From Antedon mediterranea (lineage: Eukaryota > Animalia > Echinodermata), in NCBI RefSeq assembly GCF_964355755.1, contig NC_092676.1, positions 15,704,871 through 15,768,870 on the forward strand: a stretch of 64,000 bases of DNA. The letters are read 5' to 3'. How positions within the stretch are numbered: position 1 is the stretch's first letter; every line of letters begins with the position of its first letter. Under the pieces are notes generated by a model, which had not been told where the DNA came from, did no database searches, and worked only from the letters and a program-made list of their open reading frames with translations. Positions 12,070 to 25,257 of the stretch are shown here, piece by piece. Made by a program: the position numbers and the translations under genes.

Positions 12070-12423
12070 GTTAAAAACAGATGATTTCATTTTTACAGAA
12101 ACCGGTCCTATATATTTGTCTACTTTTGGATGGGGGGGGGGGGGTAGTAGTTGACCGGGGGGTAGTTGACCGGGGGTAGTTGACCGGGGGTAGTTACCCG
12201 GGAGGTAGTTATCCTAAGGGGGTAGTTGTCCTAAGGGAGTGGTTGTCCGGGGGTAGTTGTCCGGGGGGTTGTTATCCTAAGGGGGTAGTTGTCCTAAGGG
12301 GGTAGTTGTCCGGGGGTAGTTGTCCGGGGGGTAGTTGTCCGGGGGGTAGTTGTCATAAGGGGGTAGTTGTCCGGGTGGTAAACATCCGGGGGGTAACTGT
12401 CTAGGGGTAGGTGTCCTAGAACC

Positions 12424-13260
12424 CCTCTTTCGCATACAACTTTTCAAAGTGTTTGACTTCTTCAATCAGGATATCTTTTTTGGCGCATGTTCCGTCAGAA
12501 TTTTTAAATCTTTTTATTTGTTTTCTTTTCCCGTTATTTTTTATAAGGAAGTATTTTGAATTCTTTTCTCCTTCTTCTACCCATTTCGCTCTTGAACGAA
12601 TTTGAGCCCCTTTTACGTCGTAGGCATATATATCCTATAATTCTTTAGATTTAATTTCAATTTCTGTATTCACATATTCACCTCTATCATTGTTCATTCG
12701 TTTAGCATTTAGTTGTTGAATTTCTTTTTGTAAGTTTTCTTTATTTCTATTTATATTTTTTTATTTTAGTTTGCCAAAGTTGATTGAAAATTATTTGATT
12801 TGATTTTAATTAGTTCCCATATTTCTATGTTGTTAAGAAAATAGAATTGCTGTGAACAGCCATCTATTATCTGATTAATTTTGTTGAGAAATTGTTCGTC
12901 TTTTAAGTAATCGGAATTTAATTTCCATAATCCTGGACCACGAGAGTCTTTGAATATATTTATTTTAATGGAAACTCTTTGGTGATTAGTAGAAATTGCA
13001 GGTCTAATATCGCGCATGAGACAATGTTTCCTGTATCATGCAAACTTTTTGATACAAACCAGTAATCTATACGTTTAAAAAGGTTGGCCGATTTTCTTTT
13101 TGATCGAGTAGCTTATCTTGAATACAATTCATATCTTCAACATGTTTGAATTTGCATCTCAATATTATTAAAAAAAGAACCTCTTACTTTTGAATCATTT
13201 GGCGAGTATATTCACCAACGTATCGATTTTGGTCCTTTTGTTTTAGTAGCTATTACGTCA
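12424..13260 (-). mobile_element. Tx1/L1-like LINE ORF2, 5' part (continues at 7863)
   Basis: RIDYWFVS, GPGLWKLNS..L, IWELIK, GAQIRSRAKWVEEGEKNSKYFL. Confidence 0.85.
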
Positions 13261-13539
13261 TCTTCTTTGTGATCGCTTTCTTCGATTTCGATTACGTCAA
13301 CTAGACTATTCAGAATTCCAATAAAAGGTAATTTCTTTGAGCTGAAATTTTGTATTTATTTATTCTTTCTTTTGAATGGATTGCATTTTCAGTAACGCAG
13401 TACTGCTTTCCAAAATAGTCCAGTTTAAAAGTAAAGAAAAATTATAACATATAAAAATACATAAAGATAAAAGCATAGTAGGCCTAATTTAAAAGATATA
13501 TACAGAACAGTTAAAAACAAAAATGTAGGATCAATTAGA

Positions 13540-15300
13540 TGACATTAGATTGCTATATTTTTTAGTTTATAAATATTTTTCCCAGTTACTTTTGTTCTAG
13601 TTTCAGTTGGTAAAAGATTCCATTCTTTTGTTGCTCTGTATTTGAAGGTTCTTTTACCTTGAGCATTAATTTTTCCAATTTGGTGTTATTATTGTTTTAC
13701 AACTTTGGCTACGGGTGCATTTGGGGTGGAGGGAGTCATTAAACTTAAACATTGAGGATATATATGATGGTGAATGACCATTAATGCATTTGAAAGTTGT
13801 AAATAGTAGATGTTCCCTCCATCTTTGATTTAGTGTAACACAATTAAGTGTTTTAAAAATATCATTTATTGGTGTGTATATATATCTGCGGATAACAGAA
13901 CTCTCCTAATCTATTTAATAATATTTGAAGCGTATTTAAATTTTGATTTGTACAATTAGTCCATACAGCACTACAATAGTCAAACAATGGCATTATAATA
14001 GAATTTGCCAGCATAATAATTAATAGTTGTATGAGATGTCAAGTAGTATTTCACACGCCGTATTACCCCTATTCGTTTAGAAACTTTTGATGATACACTA
14101 CGGTATTTATTAGTCGCGTGGACGCGACTCTATAGTTCACTATGTCGGTCGGTAGGTCTGTCTGTCGGTCCGGTATCACTATGCGTTTTATCGCTTTTCT
14201 GTACTTTTTGAACTGTTTTGATGTACAGAGAAGTCTTAACTATGTCGGTCGGTCTGTCAGTCGGTCGGTCGGTCGATCTGTCGGGTATCACTTTGCGTTT
14301 TTCTGTACTTTTTGAACTGTTTTGATGTACAGAAAAGTTTTAGTCGCGTGGACGCGACTCTGTAGTTCACTATGTCGTTCGGTCGGTCTGTCTGTCTGTC
14401 GGTCCGGTATCACTATGCGTTTTATCGCTTTTCTGTACTTTTTTAACTGTTTTGATGTACAGACAAGTTTTAACTATGTCGGTCGGTCTGTCGGGTATCA
14501 ATTTGCGTTTTTCTGTACTTTTTGAACTGTTTTGATGTACAGACAAGTTTTAAAGTACATTACTTTTTGAAAGTTCATTTTTTTCTGAGAGCGCGCGACT
14601 TATGGCTGTTGGCCTTGTTTCAATTTAATTCAATTCAACTTTTGTTTTAGATAATTGTCCATATGGTACAATACAAAAACAAAACACACACAAAAAAAGA
14701 AGATGAAGGAGAGAGGACCGTAACACTTTTATCTATTGGTATATTAATATTTGATCCTTCCATGTCAATTTAGGATCAAATATAACACCTAAATACTTGA
14801 TGATAATGGAACTAACAATGAAAGAGTGGAATCATTTAAGTATTTAAGTGACTAGTACCAAATACCATGAGTTTAGTGTTTTTAACATTCAAAGTCAATC
14901 TGTTGTAATGAGCATCAGGAAGAGAATTTACATATATAATAAATAACAAAGGACCTAAAATAGAGCCCTGTGGAATTCCAATGTCAATTTCTCTTAAATC
15001 AGAAATTGAACTATTTACATTTACAACTTGTGATCTATAACTTAGATATGAAGTAAACCAATTTAGGGCATCATTACATATACCAATTTCCTTAAGTTTA
15101 GCAATAAGTACCTTGTGATTAACAGAATCAAAAGCTTTCTTTTAAATCTAAAAATATTGCAGCAGTTACAAACCATCATTATAATTATTTAGAATATAGT
15201 CAGATACATCTAAAAGTGTTGTATTTGTGGAATGTTTCTTTCTAAAGCCAGATTGTGATGGGTTTAAAATATTATTATTTGATAAAAACTTACTTATGTT
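13540..15300 (-). mobile_element. CR1-like LINE RT fragment, decayed, interrupted by a HINE
   Basis: QSGFRKKHSTNT, AIFLDL.KAFDSVNH, GIPQGSILGPLLFIIYVN, KYLGVIFD, SKRIGVIRR. Confidence 0.8.
14111..14619 (+). mobile_element. Helentron-associated element with internal duplication (second head at 14341)
   Basis: 5' hairpin AGTCGCGT-GG-ACGCGACT, GTCG/GTCT microsatellite, subterminal CGCGACT, 3' GGCTGTTGGCCTTGT, T-rich junctions. Confidence 0.75.
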
Positions 15301-15471
15301 TAGAAACTATATGGTTGCACGTATGCAGTTATATCATTATTACAATTCTTATTATTTAATTTTTCCTTGTTTAAATCAAACTTATTAGTTGAAAAAGAAG
15401 AATCTAGTTCATATTTAATATCTTAGGCTTCAATTGCTTCGCCTTCATCTCAGCAGACAGTTTTTTTTTGT

Positions 15472-15825
15472 TGCAGAATTTAGCTTTATGGCGATTAATG
15501 TTGCAGTTCAAGCAGGTCTACGATGACGACAGGCATGACTGACATGAACAGGTTCGTTGCAGTAGTAGCATACGTTAGTGGCAGCGGCAGGACCCATTCG
15601 ATTTACACTGTTCCTACAATAATTGAGGATGGGTTTAACATATACTACGAAGCAATTTTCACTTGTTCGTTAGCCTTTGACTCATCAAAGCGTTGGCACA
15701 TAGCTGAAATGTAGACATTTCCGGTTTTCTAGCAAAGTCACGAGTGCATCAACATCATCTTTGAATTTCTCCAGAGAAAAGTTATCCCCACTGCAATCAT
15801 TCGTTCCAACATGAATAAATGAATG
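15472..15825 (-). pseudogene. Retroelement ORF1-like relic: SGNH esterase block plus CCHC zinc knuckles
   Basis: FIHVGTNDC; CYYCNEPVHVSHAC (CX2CX4HX4C); partial second knuckle CNINRHKAKFC. Confidence 0.6.
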
Positions 15826-16435
15826 AAAATGTTTTAGCATTCAATCACCGATACGATTAGAGAGGTTTGCATTCAATTGATTCTTTGGTGTGTACGTCTG
15901 AAATAACTGATGTATTACTTCCATATATCTATATTTTATATTTTTAAATTTATACTAACAATTTATATCTTTTTATTGATTAATATTATAATCATAACAA
16001 TAAATATCAAAAAAATATATATAAAATAATATTTATCGCATAATATACAGTTTTTTATATACATAATCATTACTAATAATAATAATAACTACTATCTTCA
16101 TCTTCTTATGCGGAACATCATTTGAATAATAGAACACATCTACACATAATCAAACACCGTACTCTATCTCATTTCAATCTTCTATCGACTAAAGCCGAAA
16201 GTATAGTCGTTATCTCGGAACCGTTCTATGTCGTCCTCCACTAGGTAGGCTTACTTCATCCCCACTTCATCAAGCCTTCTATGAATGGATGACTGGTTGG
16301 GAGCAGGAAAGAACGCTATTAGACCAAACCCAGTACCGTTTTTGTTTACGATGATGAGGAAAATTATTACCCTACGATGGTATTATACTCTTTGTAGGAA
16401 AACTTGATACTTTATAATCAGAGCCATTATTATAT

Positions 16436-16553
16436 GGAGTGGAGTTGTAGCTTGGTGGTAATGATGCTTGGCTACCACTCCAAGGGTCCTGGGTTCAAGT
16501 CCCGTCACATGTCAGTATTTTTTCTAAGGACCAAATTACTCCACTCCCAAAGA
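16436..16553 (+). mobile_element. Short tRNA-derived repeat, copy 1
   Basis: A-box-like TAGCTTGGTGG, B box GGTTCAAGTCC, T-run; close copy at 63719-63834. Confidence 0.7.
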
Positions 16554-17541
16554 CTTGTAATAAGACTTTGTTTATGTAGATCATCTTGTGTATATGTTTG
16601 TCTTGTGAACCTCTGAGAGTCCTTAATGATCACCATCATTAAATATCAAGAAATATTTCTTACAAAAAACGCTGCTCGCTTTATTGAAAAATATTTTTTA
16701 TTTTAAATGTTTTTGAATGTGTCATTTTATTGTCACATAATAGTTATTGTACCTGAAAAAAATGTAATTTATATGTGAATAAATATTATTTTTTTGTTAC
16801 AGAAGTGAATACTCAATTTCTGTCACTTTAGTTAATTTTATTGCTAAGGTCAAATCTGGGGGTCACTTCATCACCCTAGATATTTCAATTGTGAAGTATC
16901 CTATTACAAACACAAACTTTAATGGACTGTTTCGATAATAATTCAATGAATATCTGACAGTGAATATACCAGTAGCAGCTGGAATCAATAAATTATAGTG
17001 GAGTTTCCATTTTCACAAAACTGTCTGTCCTTAGAACTATAACTGCTGCTTGCTTTAGCTTCTGATTGAGTAGTCCTAATGGGACGTAGCGGTCTAGAGC
17101 AGTAGCGTGAAAAAAAAAAATATAATGGCTCTGCTTGTAATTTAGGAACAGCGCCCTCTATTCGTAAGCCTGGTGGCGCACGCGGCGGCGATGTATGTAT
17201 ACAAAGTCACATGTAAGAAAGTAGGTAGGTTCTTTGGTACACCAACTTCGGATAACGTGCAACCTCTAAATAGAGAAGAAGAGCAGAGACTAGCCTAGAG
17301 TAGGAGTGTTCTTGTAGACTACTACTATACTAGCCTGTAGTGTAGAAATAGGGGTAAAACTTGTTTAGGCGTTAGAGGAGGTAACATCAGTAGGCCTAGC
17401 CATGGAGGTATCTAGTAGTAGGGAAGCCGCCGCGCTTCACTCCGGCCGCCGTATCAGTTTATGGCGATGTTATGCACTCCGGCCGCTATTCAATTCGACT
17501 TCCTGTGTGCAAAGGGGCCGTTAGTATGGAGCGCTCATATC

Positions 17542-19785
17542 TATGGAACGCCATCGCTGCCTCCGGAAGCAAACTTTAATTCTATTCGGCTCTTTTACCA
17601 TTACGTTCGGCTCTTTTAGCATTCGGCGCATTTCTATTCGGCCCATTTAATGGTTAATAAGGTGGGACAATTGCAAGTTCTCTAACACATTAATCATGTC
17701 AATAAAATGATTAGTCATATTGAAATAGCCTTCAAATTCATTTAAAGGGGGATTCTGGGTTTAAAATTGCTTTTAAATATCGTTTATTTATTAAATAAAA
17801 AATATTATAACAATATAGACATGTCAGAATGAAGAAATAATAACGAGAAATTAAAAAAATTAAATTTCATATACATTTTAGGGTAAATTCATGGAAAGTC
17901 TGTTTTTTCAGCAGCTTAGGGAAGCTCATTAATATTCATGAGATATTCACAAAATCACGTCATCAGTGGATTCCAAACTCGCGACGTCATGTACGTTGTG
18001 TTTGTCAACTAAATTTACATCTCTCTCTCCTGTCAAACGACGACCACCCGATCATTGTGAAATACATTTTTTGTAGATTTTCTAAGCTATGCCTAAAGTG
18101 TAATAATAACAGTAGTAGCATATATTTATTTGACAAAATACAAAATTTAGTACAGATTACGGAGTCATAAATTATATACTATTTTTATACCTCGAATAGT
18201 ACAGATCGTATTATCGGCTTCACGTACTAGGGTAGGCCTAGCCTAAATCATTTTGTTTCATGGGTGAGAGCCATTCTGACTAGGGATTAAAACGCTAAAA
18301 CATTGGGGCCCATCATGGGCCTAGCTAGCCTACTACTAAACGATTGGCCCACTACTAAACGATTGGCCCATAAATAACAAAACTCAGTGGATTCCAAACC
18401 CATCCTATCAACCAAACTCCTAAACAATCTAAACCTAAAACATTCTACAAAATCGGCTGTAAATATCGCCGTCCGCACGTATGGTTTCCCGATCGTCTAA
18501 GTAGGCCTAAAATAGGCCTAGTTTACTCTCCAAAAAAGCGGATACTACTGCATCAAGCAAGTAGACCAGGTAGTAGGAAGGAGACCTAGCCGATCCGGCC
18601 CAGTTAAAAATTGAGCTAGCTAGTGTAGTAGACCCTATGCGAATTGATACTACCAGGCCTTTTACTAGGCTACACTTCTTAAAATTAGCAATACTTATGT
18701 TTACAAATATTCCAACTCTCTCATTCGAGCTATATTATCTATACCATTTCGGTAGGTCGAGTCGACCTTCAATCAAATACTGTACATCGTTCATGTTGTA
18801 ATTATAGACGGGGTATACTCGACCCGACCAGTTTGGTATTGTATACTGTATCTGCTTATCACGTGACGCTGCCAGGCGGGCAGGTGGTATAGGGTAGAGC
18901 ACGCGTATTGATCGTCGTCTCGCTCTCTCCTCGCTCAGCAGGAATGTATACGTTACGCTTCATTGATTTTGAAGGCTTTCCCTAAGTCAGTGCGAAAATC
19001 GGCAAACGTAAAGTGCAAACATATCTAATTTTTCACTGTTTTGATGAATTTTCATAGAACATTGACTTTATAAATGGAAAGACCGACTAAAATTACATCA
19101 GAAAAGTATAATTTTACAAAAGTAATTGATATGGTTAATGATAACGGGTCGTCGGAAGATTGACCATTTCACGAATTTCCTTTTCTGGTAACACAGTGTC
19201 ATATCGCCGTAGCTGCACTTGTAATCTGGCCTTATTTCACAGCCTTCGTTCTGCTTTACTGGGCGCTTATATAAATTGAAACTTTTACCGTTCAAGAGAC
19301 AAACAAATATATTTTACATTTTTTACTATTCATTTTAAACCCGGAACCCCCCCTTTAATTCAACCAACCAAACACTCTACATGCTGCATCTATATGTTTT
19401 GTAAACTTTTCATAAACTCATTTCCAGCCGTTGATTTTCTTCCATTTGACCCCATGTAAAAGGTTAGAATTTAATTGCGCCGTATAAAAAAGGGCCAAAT
19501 CAAAAAGAGCCGAACGTAATGCAGAAAGAGCCGAATAAAAAAGGGCCGAATTAAAAAGAGCCGAACGTAATGGTAAATGGGCCGAATAAAAAAGAGCCGA
19601 ATTCTGAAAGAGCCGAACGTAATGGTAAATGGGCCAAATAGAAATGCGCCGAATGCTGAAAGAGCCGAACGTAATGGTAAATGGGCCGAATAGAAATACG
19701 CCAAATGCTAAAAGAGCCGAACGTAATGGTAAAAGAGCCGAATAGAATTAAGGTTTGCTGCCGGAGGCAGCGATGGCGTTCCATA
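17542..19785. mobile_element. Non-autonomous TIR element with subterminal GAGCCGAA/GGCCGAAT tandem repeats
   Basis: About 105-bp TIR TATGGAACGCCATCGCTGCCTCCGG..; CATATC on both flanks (17536-17541, 19786-19791). Confidence 0.8.
17746..19354. mobile_element. Kolobok-type non-autonomous element nested in the preceding element
   Basis: TTAA TSD on both sides; TIR AGGGGGATTCTGGGTTTAAAAT / ATTTTAAACCCGGAACCCCCCCT. Confidence 0.7.
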
Positions 19786-20845
19786 CATATCTACGTTTTC
19801 TATACTGTTCAGTGTTATAACAAATTCGGCGCTACTGCAGTTTCGCACCACACTGTTATATCTTCGACTTCTCGCTTAATTTTTTTCTCACACCCACATA
19901 CAGTTTTGGGCCATTCTGTAACATGTTCCCATGATTTAGCCACCGTTATATTACCTTATCACAATAAAAAATGCCTTTCAAAACAGCTCCTTTTCCGCGA
20001 ATACTTTGATCGAACTGTGGCCATTTTAGAATCAGAAAATTGCCAGAGCAGAAAGCAATGTTTTATTTTCTGTTTTTATTTTTAAACTGCAAAGAGTGGT
20101 TTTTATAACGAACCAGCTGTACATATCAAAACGGCAATGATATGAGTCCGTACATAAAACATTGATAGGACCTTTTAATATGAATAATAATACTAATAAT
20201 GAAATATTAATTTAACCTCTATTTCGCCAGCTGAAAACATTTCTTGCCTTTCAAAACTAAATAGGCCTATAATATGTGTAATCGGATTTTATAACACTGC
20301 CTTCTTCTATAGTTTCTACATTTTTTGGGAATGAAGCATACATTCTGGCAATTAAGTGATAAATATAAGATGGCGAACATTTCGCAGTGTGTTGACCGCG
20401 AGTTCAGTATGGTTTAAAATGTTTTGAAAAGTATTGTTATTTAAAAAAAATTACTTCGTAAGTGGTCGAATCGTATGTTGCATAATATTATGTTGTAAGT
20501 GTGAAAAAGAAAGAGCGACCGGACTGAAGCGCGGCCGGAGTGATCTGTATTCAGTAGTAGTAGGTGCTAGGCCTAAACTAGTAGTAGTAAGTAGTAGTAG
20601 TACTTAGTTAGGCTAGTATTTATTATTAGCGACAAACACAACATTTTGAAATGGCTTGTAAGGAAATAAAGTAATTGAATAAAGCAATTTAAAGCAAAAA
20701 TTAAGTATTGGTAAAGTTTAATTAATTAACATCTTTTGTGTATACAAAAATTGTACTGTGTTTTGTCTATTGTAAATTCAGCACCAGTTATCAATGAATT
20801 TTCATCTTGTATGTCCTATTGATATATATGAAATTTTTTTTCAAT

Positions 20846-21990
20846 TCAATTCAAATAACTTTTAAACAAATTTAATGCAGGCCCTCGAATACCATAATGG
20901 GATAACTTAAATAAAAGAATATCATAATCAATAGTGTCAAAAGCCTTAGAAAGATCAATAAAGGGTCCAATAGCGAAATCATTGCGTCCAATAAGAGCCA
21001 TAGATGTATTGTATTTTTTACGAAAACCGAATTGTTGAGCGTATAAAATATCGTATTTGGTAATAAAATTAAAAGTTCTGTCGTAAATAATTCTTTCTAA
21101 GGGATTTGAGAAAACAGGTAAAATAGAAATAGGGCGATAATTCGTTAAGTCAGATTTACTGCCAGATTTAAAGATGGGTGTTGCACGAGCTATCTTCAAT
21201 CTGCTTGGGAAAATTCCCTTAGTTAAAGAAATGTTTAAAATATGGCATAAAGGGAGGGAGATAAGTTCGGTAACTTGTTTGATGACTTTCGCATGTAGGT
21301 CGTCAATACCGGGGGACTTATTACTCTTGAATGAACGCAAAATTTTAATAACTTCGTCCTCATCGACTGGGGATAAAAAAATAGAATGAATATTTGGGTT
21401 AGGAAGAAATTCTTTATACGATGTGTTTGTCTTGGGTATTTGGTTAGCTAAGGTGGGACCAATTTCAGTAAAAAATGAATTAAAAGAGTTTGCAATCTTG
21501 GTGGGATCATTTGACAATTCACCATTGCAGTTAAAAAAAGTATTACTTTGTTTGTTAGAGGATTGTTTTATAAGGGAATTAATAGTTTTCCAAGTGGCCC
21601 TTATGTCATTTTTATGTTTAATAAAAGTATTTTTAAAATAATATGATTTAGCAGTTTTGATAAGACAATTGATTCGGTTGCGACATTGTTTATATTTTGT
21701 TTCATTTTTCGCAGAGGGACGATGAAGAAAGTTTGAGTATAATTTTTGCCCATATCTAATGGACTTAAGAAGAGAGTCGGTCATCCAGCCAGGTCTTGAG
21801 TTTAGTTTTAGTTTTTTTGATAGTTTTGTATGGAAATGTTTTATTGTAAAGTAACGAAAAGGTATGTTCAAATTTGTTGTATGCTTCATCTGGGTTTTGG
21901 GTATTTAGAATGTCAATCCATTGTTCGCTAGACAATTCTTGACAAAATTTATCAATAGTGTGTTGGTTAATGCATCTAAATCTAAATGAT
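20846..21990 (-). mobile_element. CR1-like LINE ORF2 fragment (linker and N-terminal half of RT)
   Basis: 347-aa ORF: KSPGIDD, FPSRLKIA..PIFKSG, NYRPISILP, QFGFRK, FIDLSKAFDTID. Confidence 0.88.
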
Positions 21991-23589
21991 TCATCTCCAT
22001 CTTAGTTAGAGTTGGAGTTTGCCAATTGGTAAAAATGAATTTCCATTAAAAAAAACGAACATTCGTCCATCTAGACCTGGCTCTGAATAAACTGACCCAG
22101 AGAGATCACATTGCGTGACTTCTCCCATCACACATCTTGTTTGTGTCAATCGAGTAAATTAAAACAACATTCCCTTTACGGTAACTCAGAGCCCTACAAA
22201 TTCTGTGCTGACTGTTTTTGGAAATTGCGTGTATACACTCGACTAACGAGAATTTGTTTTCAGAATCGCTTAGTTAATAATATTAATGTTTATAGACGCT
22301 GATTTCACCAATAATAAACTTCAAATCGCAAGCATGTGCATTGGATTTATCCGACGTAATGTGTGATGTTTTTGTGATGGTGAAGACAGAAAACATTCCA
22401 CACATGAGTGAATAAAGAGCAAATAAAACACACAAACAAAACAATTTATTCATTTATTGTTTTATGTAAAAACACAAAGTAAGAAACTAGCTTGGCTTAG
22501 GCTGCTAAGGTCTAACGCCGACCAGCGATTTTACACACCTGACTTGGTTGTGATGACTCGTTACTGTGTCCGGCCAGCATGAGCCTACACACAATAAATA
22601 CGCCTAACATTCTTGTGGTCATGTTTTATTTGTTTTAATCACAAATTGTTATGAATAAAAGATAAAAACAACACTAGGCCTAGACACTACATATTTAAAG
22701 ATGTATTGTCCCCCAAAATCATGAAAAATAAAATTTATGCAGTTTTAATTCACTTCCATAAGAAAAAAAAACATTTTCACGATTTTCCAGCAAAGTTGGA
22801 TAACATTAATCCCATATGACCACAAGATCCCCATTCTTCTGTATATCCATATAATAGTGGTAATCTCCTTTGTTTTAAATCCTTAAACTCTGCAATGGTT
22901 GCTTTTTACCAGGTTTCTAATACAATGCCATTCTTTTCATTTGACCACAGATGAGTAATTTTTTTTCCTAGGAGAATCAGCGGATCCATAATGACATTTT
23001 TTTGTGAACATTATCTATGTCTTCATCAGCCATGAAGCTTGCCAAATTTTCTTTTACCTGCTCAACAGAAAATTGCTTCTCTTTAGATGAAAAACAGAAA
23101 GTGCAGTGTTTGCCTTCTGATTTACAATCCTAACTTCTAACTGTCATCTGCAAACATCAATAATAACCTCTAAAAGTGTTCGTAGCAAAGCTTCAACTTG
23201 CTTGTCATTTTCTTGTGGGCACATCAAATCATGACCAGACTTTTGTAAGTGTGGCAGTAACAGATAAAAACCCATTGCATTTCGATATAAAATGTGAAAA
23301 TTGTTTCCCATGATAGGGGATAATGTCGCTAAGCTTGAAACTACTCCCTTCAACTTCAGCGGACAAACCAACAGCATTGTGATAACAAAGCTTGCACACT
23401 GCAGCAATAAAGCACCACTCAAACTTTGTCGAAACAACATGGCCTTCATTTTGACTTCATTTCTACTTTATCAGCAAATTTTTAATCTTTACAGGTAGAA
23501 AGTTCCTGGTATCGCCACTTTACTCTCTTTTGGCTTGTACTGGGTACAGGGATGGCAAACTCACTGACATAAATGCCTCAATGCCTATG

Positions 23590-25150
23590 ATCATTCGTAA
23601 TCTTGCTTAGAGTACTGTTATGGGCTTCGCATGAGTTCGAGCGGTCCACCACAGCACAGTTTGTCTAGTGTTAATAGTAACGGGTTAAACACGTTTCCAG
23701 CACGCTGCCACCATGTTACGGGCTTCGCATGAGTCAGAGCGGTTTACTTAATTTAGTCAGATAGGAGAAACGTCCGAGTGGTTTAATATATCAAGTTATC
23801 AGACAAAGATGAACATCAAAAATGCAGTAAAGTTTAAGTATATTTCTTTAATAATGTCTTGCTGACCTTGCTACCAAAACTAAAACAAAACTTAAAACAT
23901 CTTAACTATTTAAAAAACCCACCCTGACTTCTGATTGGCCAACAATATTCCAAGTAGTTTGATAAGTAATAGCCTTTTTCAAAAATTAAGACAAAATTAC
24001 CGTTAACTTTGTCTGTGGCTTTTTTTCTAGGCCACATGGTACCATATGGTATGTGTAACTGTAAGAGGAGTAACTAAAGGTTACTGGATAATAACCTCTA
24101 TAGTATGAGTTATTATCACAAGTACTATCTTTAATATTGCTTACATCAACACCATTTTGTTTTAGGATATTTAGTAACCAAGCAATAATGTATGTAGCAA
24201 TAGGCTTTTTCCGCTTAAGCACCCAGTCTCTCATCTCAAAAACAGCTCCATTAGTTATGTGTTCACCAACATTCAGTAAAGAAGTATCATCACTTTCAAA
24301 ACTGGATATTTTGATCCCCAGTGCATCTGAATAATATGTTGTCAATATATCTTTTTTATAGCCTGAATGGCGTCTATTCTAGAAAACCAGTGTGTTGGGC
24401 ATAGTTTTGAAATTGCTTTCCTTCACACATTGAACATAAATTCAATTAAACTCTCTTTGTTGGCTCCATTGCTCAGGAGGAGTTTTCTGTTGTTCCCAAT
24501 AGATTTGTAAAAGTTGTGCTCCCCTAGTTGCTCCTTGTGATCTTTCAGCATTTTAAATAATTACAAAGGGGTATTATATATCTTACAAAATCAACTCTAG
24601 AACATTTTTCAATATCAAAACAAAACAAAAAAAGTTGAACTTGGTTATTAAATAGTTTTCAAGAATATGCTTTCTGCATAGTACATGTTTGCAATGAAAA
24701 GCGTCTATAAATACTTTGTGCATAGCTAATTCATCATGTGTACCTTTTCCAATTCTTAACACCATTGCTAATAAAATTATACTTTAAGAAACTGTAGAAT
24801 TCTGCAAATGCTAATTAGCTAATTATTATGGTGTAACATAGGGTAAAAAAAATATGGAGGGTCATTGTCCATTTTAGTAATCAGCAGGTTTTTGTATACC
24901 ATTAGCGTGAGATAAGTTTTGTCTAAATTGAAGGTCTTGTCAATCCCTGGAACTATTTTTCCGGAACAGAATCTTTTAATGTCATTTATTTGGTCTTTCG
25001 TAAAAAGCACAAATGCAGGTGCTTGTCCTTTATGAATAATGCCTTTTTAAAGAAATCATAACTGTCTGTCAACATGTTCAAAATTTATAAAAACTTCATC
25101 AGCATAATTTTGGCTGTATATTTACAAATTTCATTGTTTGTGTCCATATT
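23590..25150 (-). mobile_element. Decayed MULE-like transposase
   Basis: IKRFCS..GIDKTFNL..YLT, IG..DELAMHK..F..HVLCRKHILEN, SNSCEAHNSTL. Confidence 0.55.
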
Positions 25151-25257
25151 GCGTTTGAACGTTTCATCATTGGTGAAATCAGTAAACCTGTTATGGAAAA
25201 TCGTACTCTGAAAAACTGTAATCTTCACTTTTGTTGTAATGTTGACGCAGATGGTTT

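Larger units (their letters stand above)
7864..12423. mobile_element. Foldback-type DNA element with minisatellite inverted arms, inserted in the Tx1/L1 LINE
   Basis: GGACAACTACCCCC array at about 7864-8395, inverted GGGGGTAGTTGTCC array at about 12130-12423; CCTCTT on both flanks (7858-7863, 12424-12429); LINE frame rejoins as KLYAKE-DIHAIDIQ. Confidence 0.8.

Noticed and set aside
17149-17165. CTCF-like GCGCCCTCTA motif, with similar words near 42284 and 55119
   Set aside because: Short partial matches within repeat-derived DNA; not supportable without binding data
19471-20085. ORFs over the GAGCCGAA repeats
   Set aside because: Arise from subterminal TIR repeats
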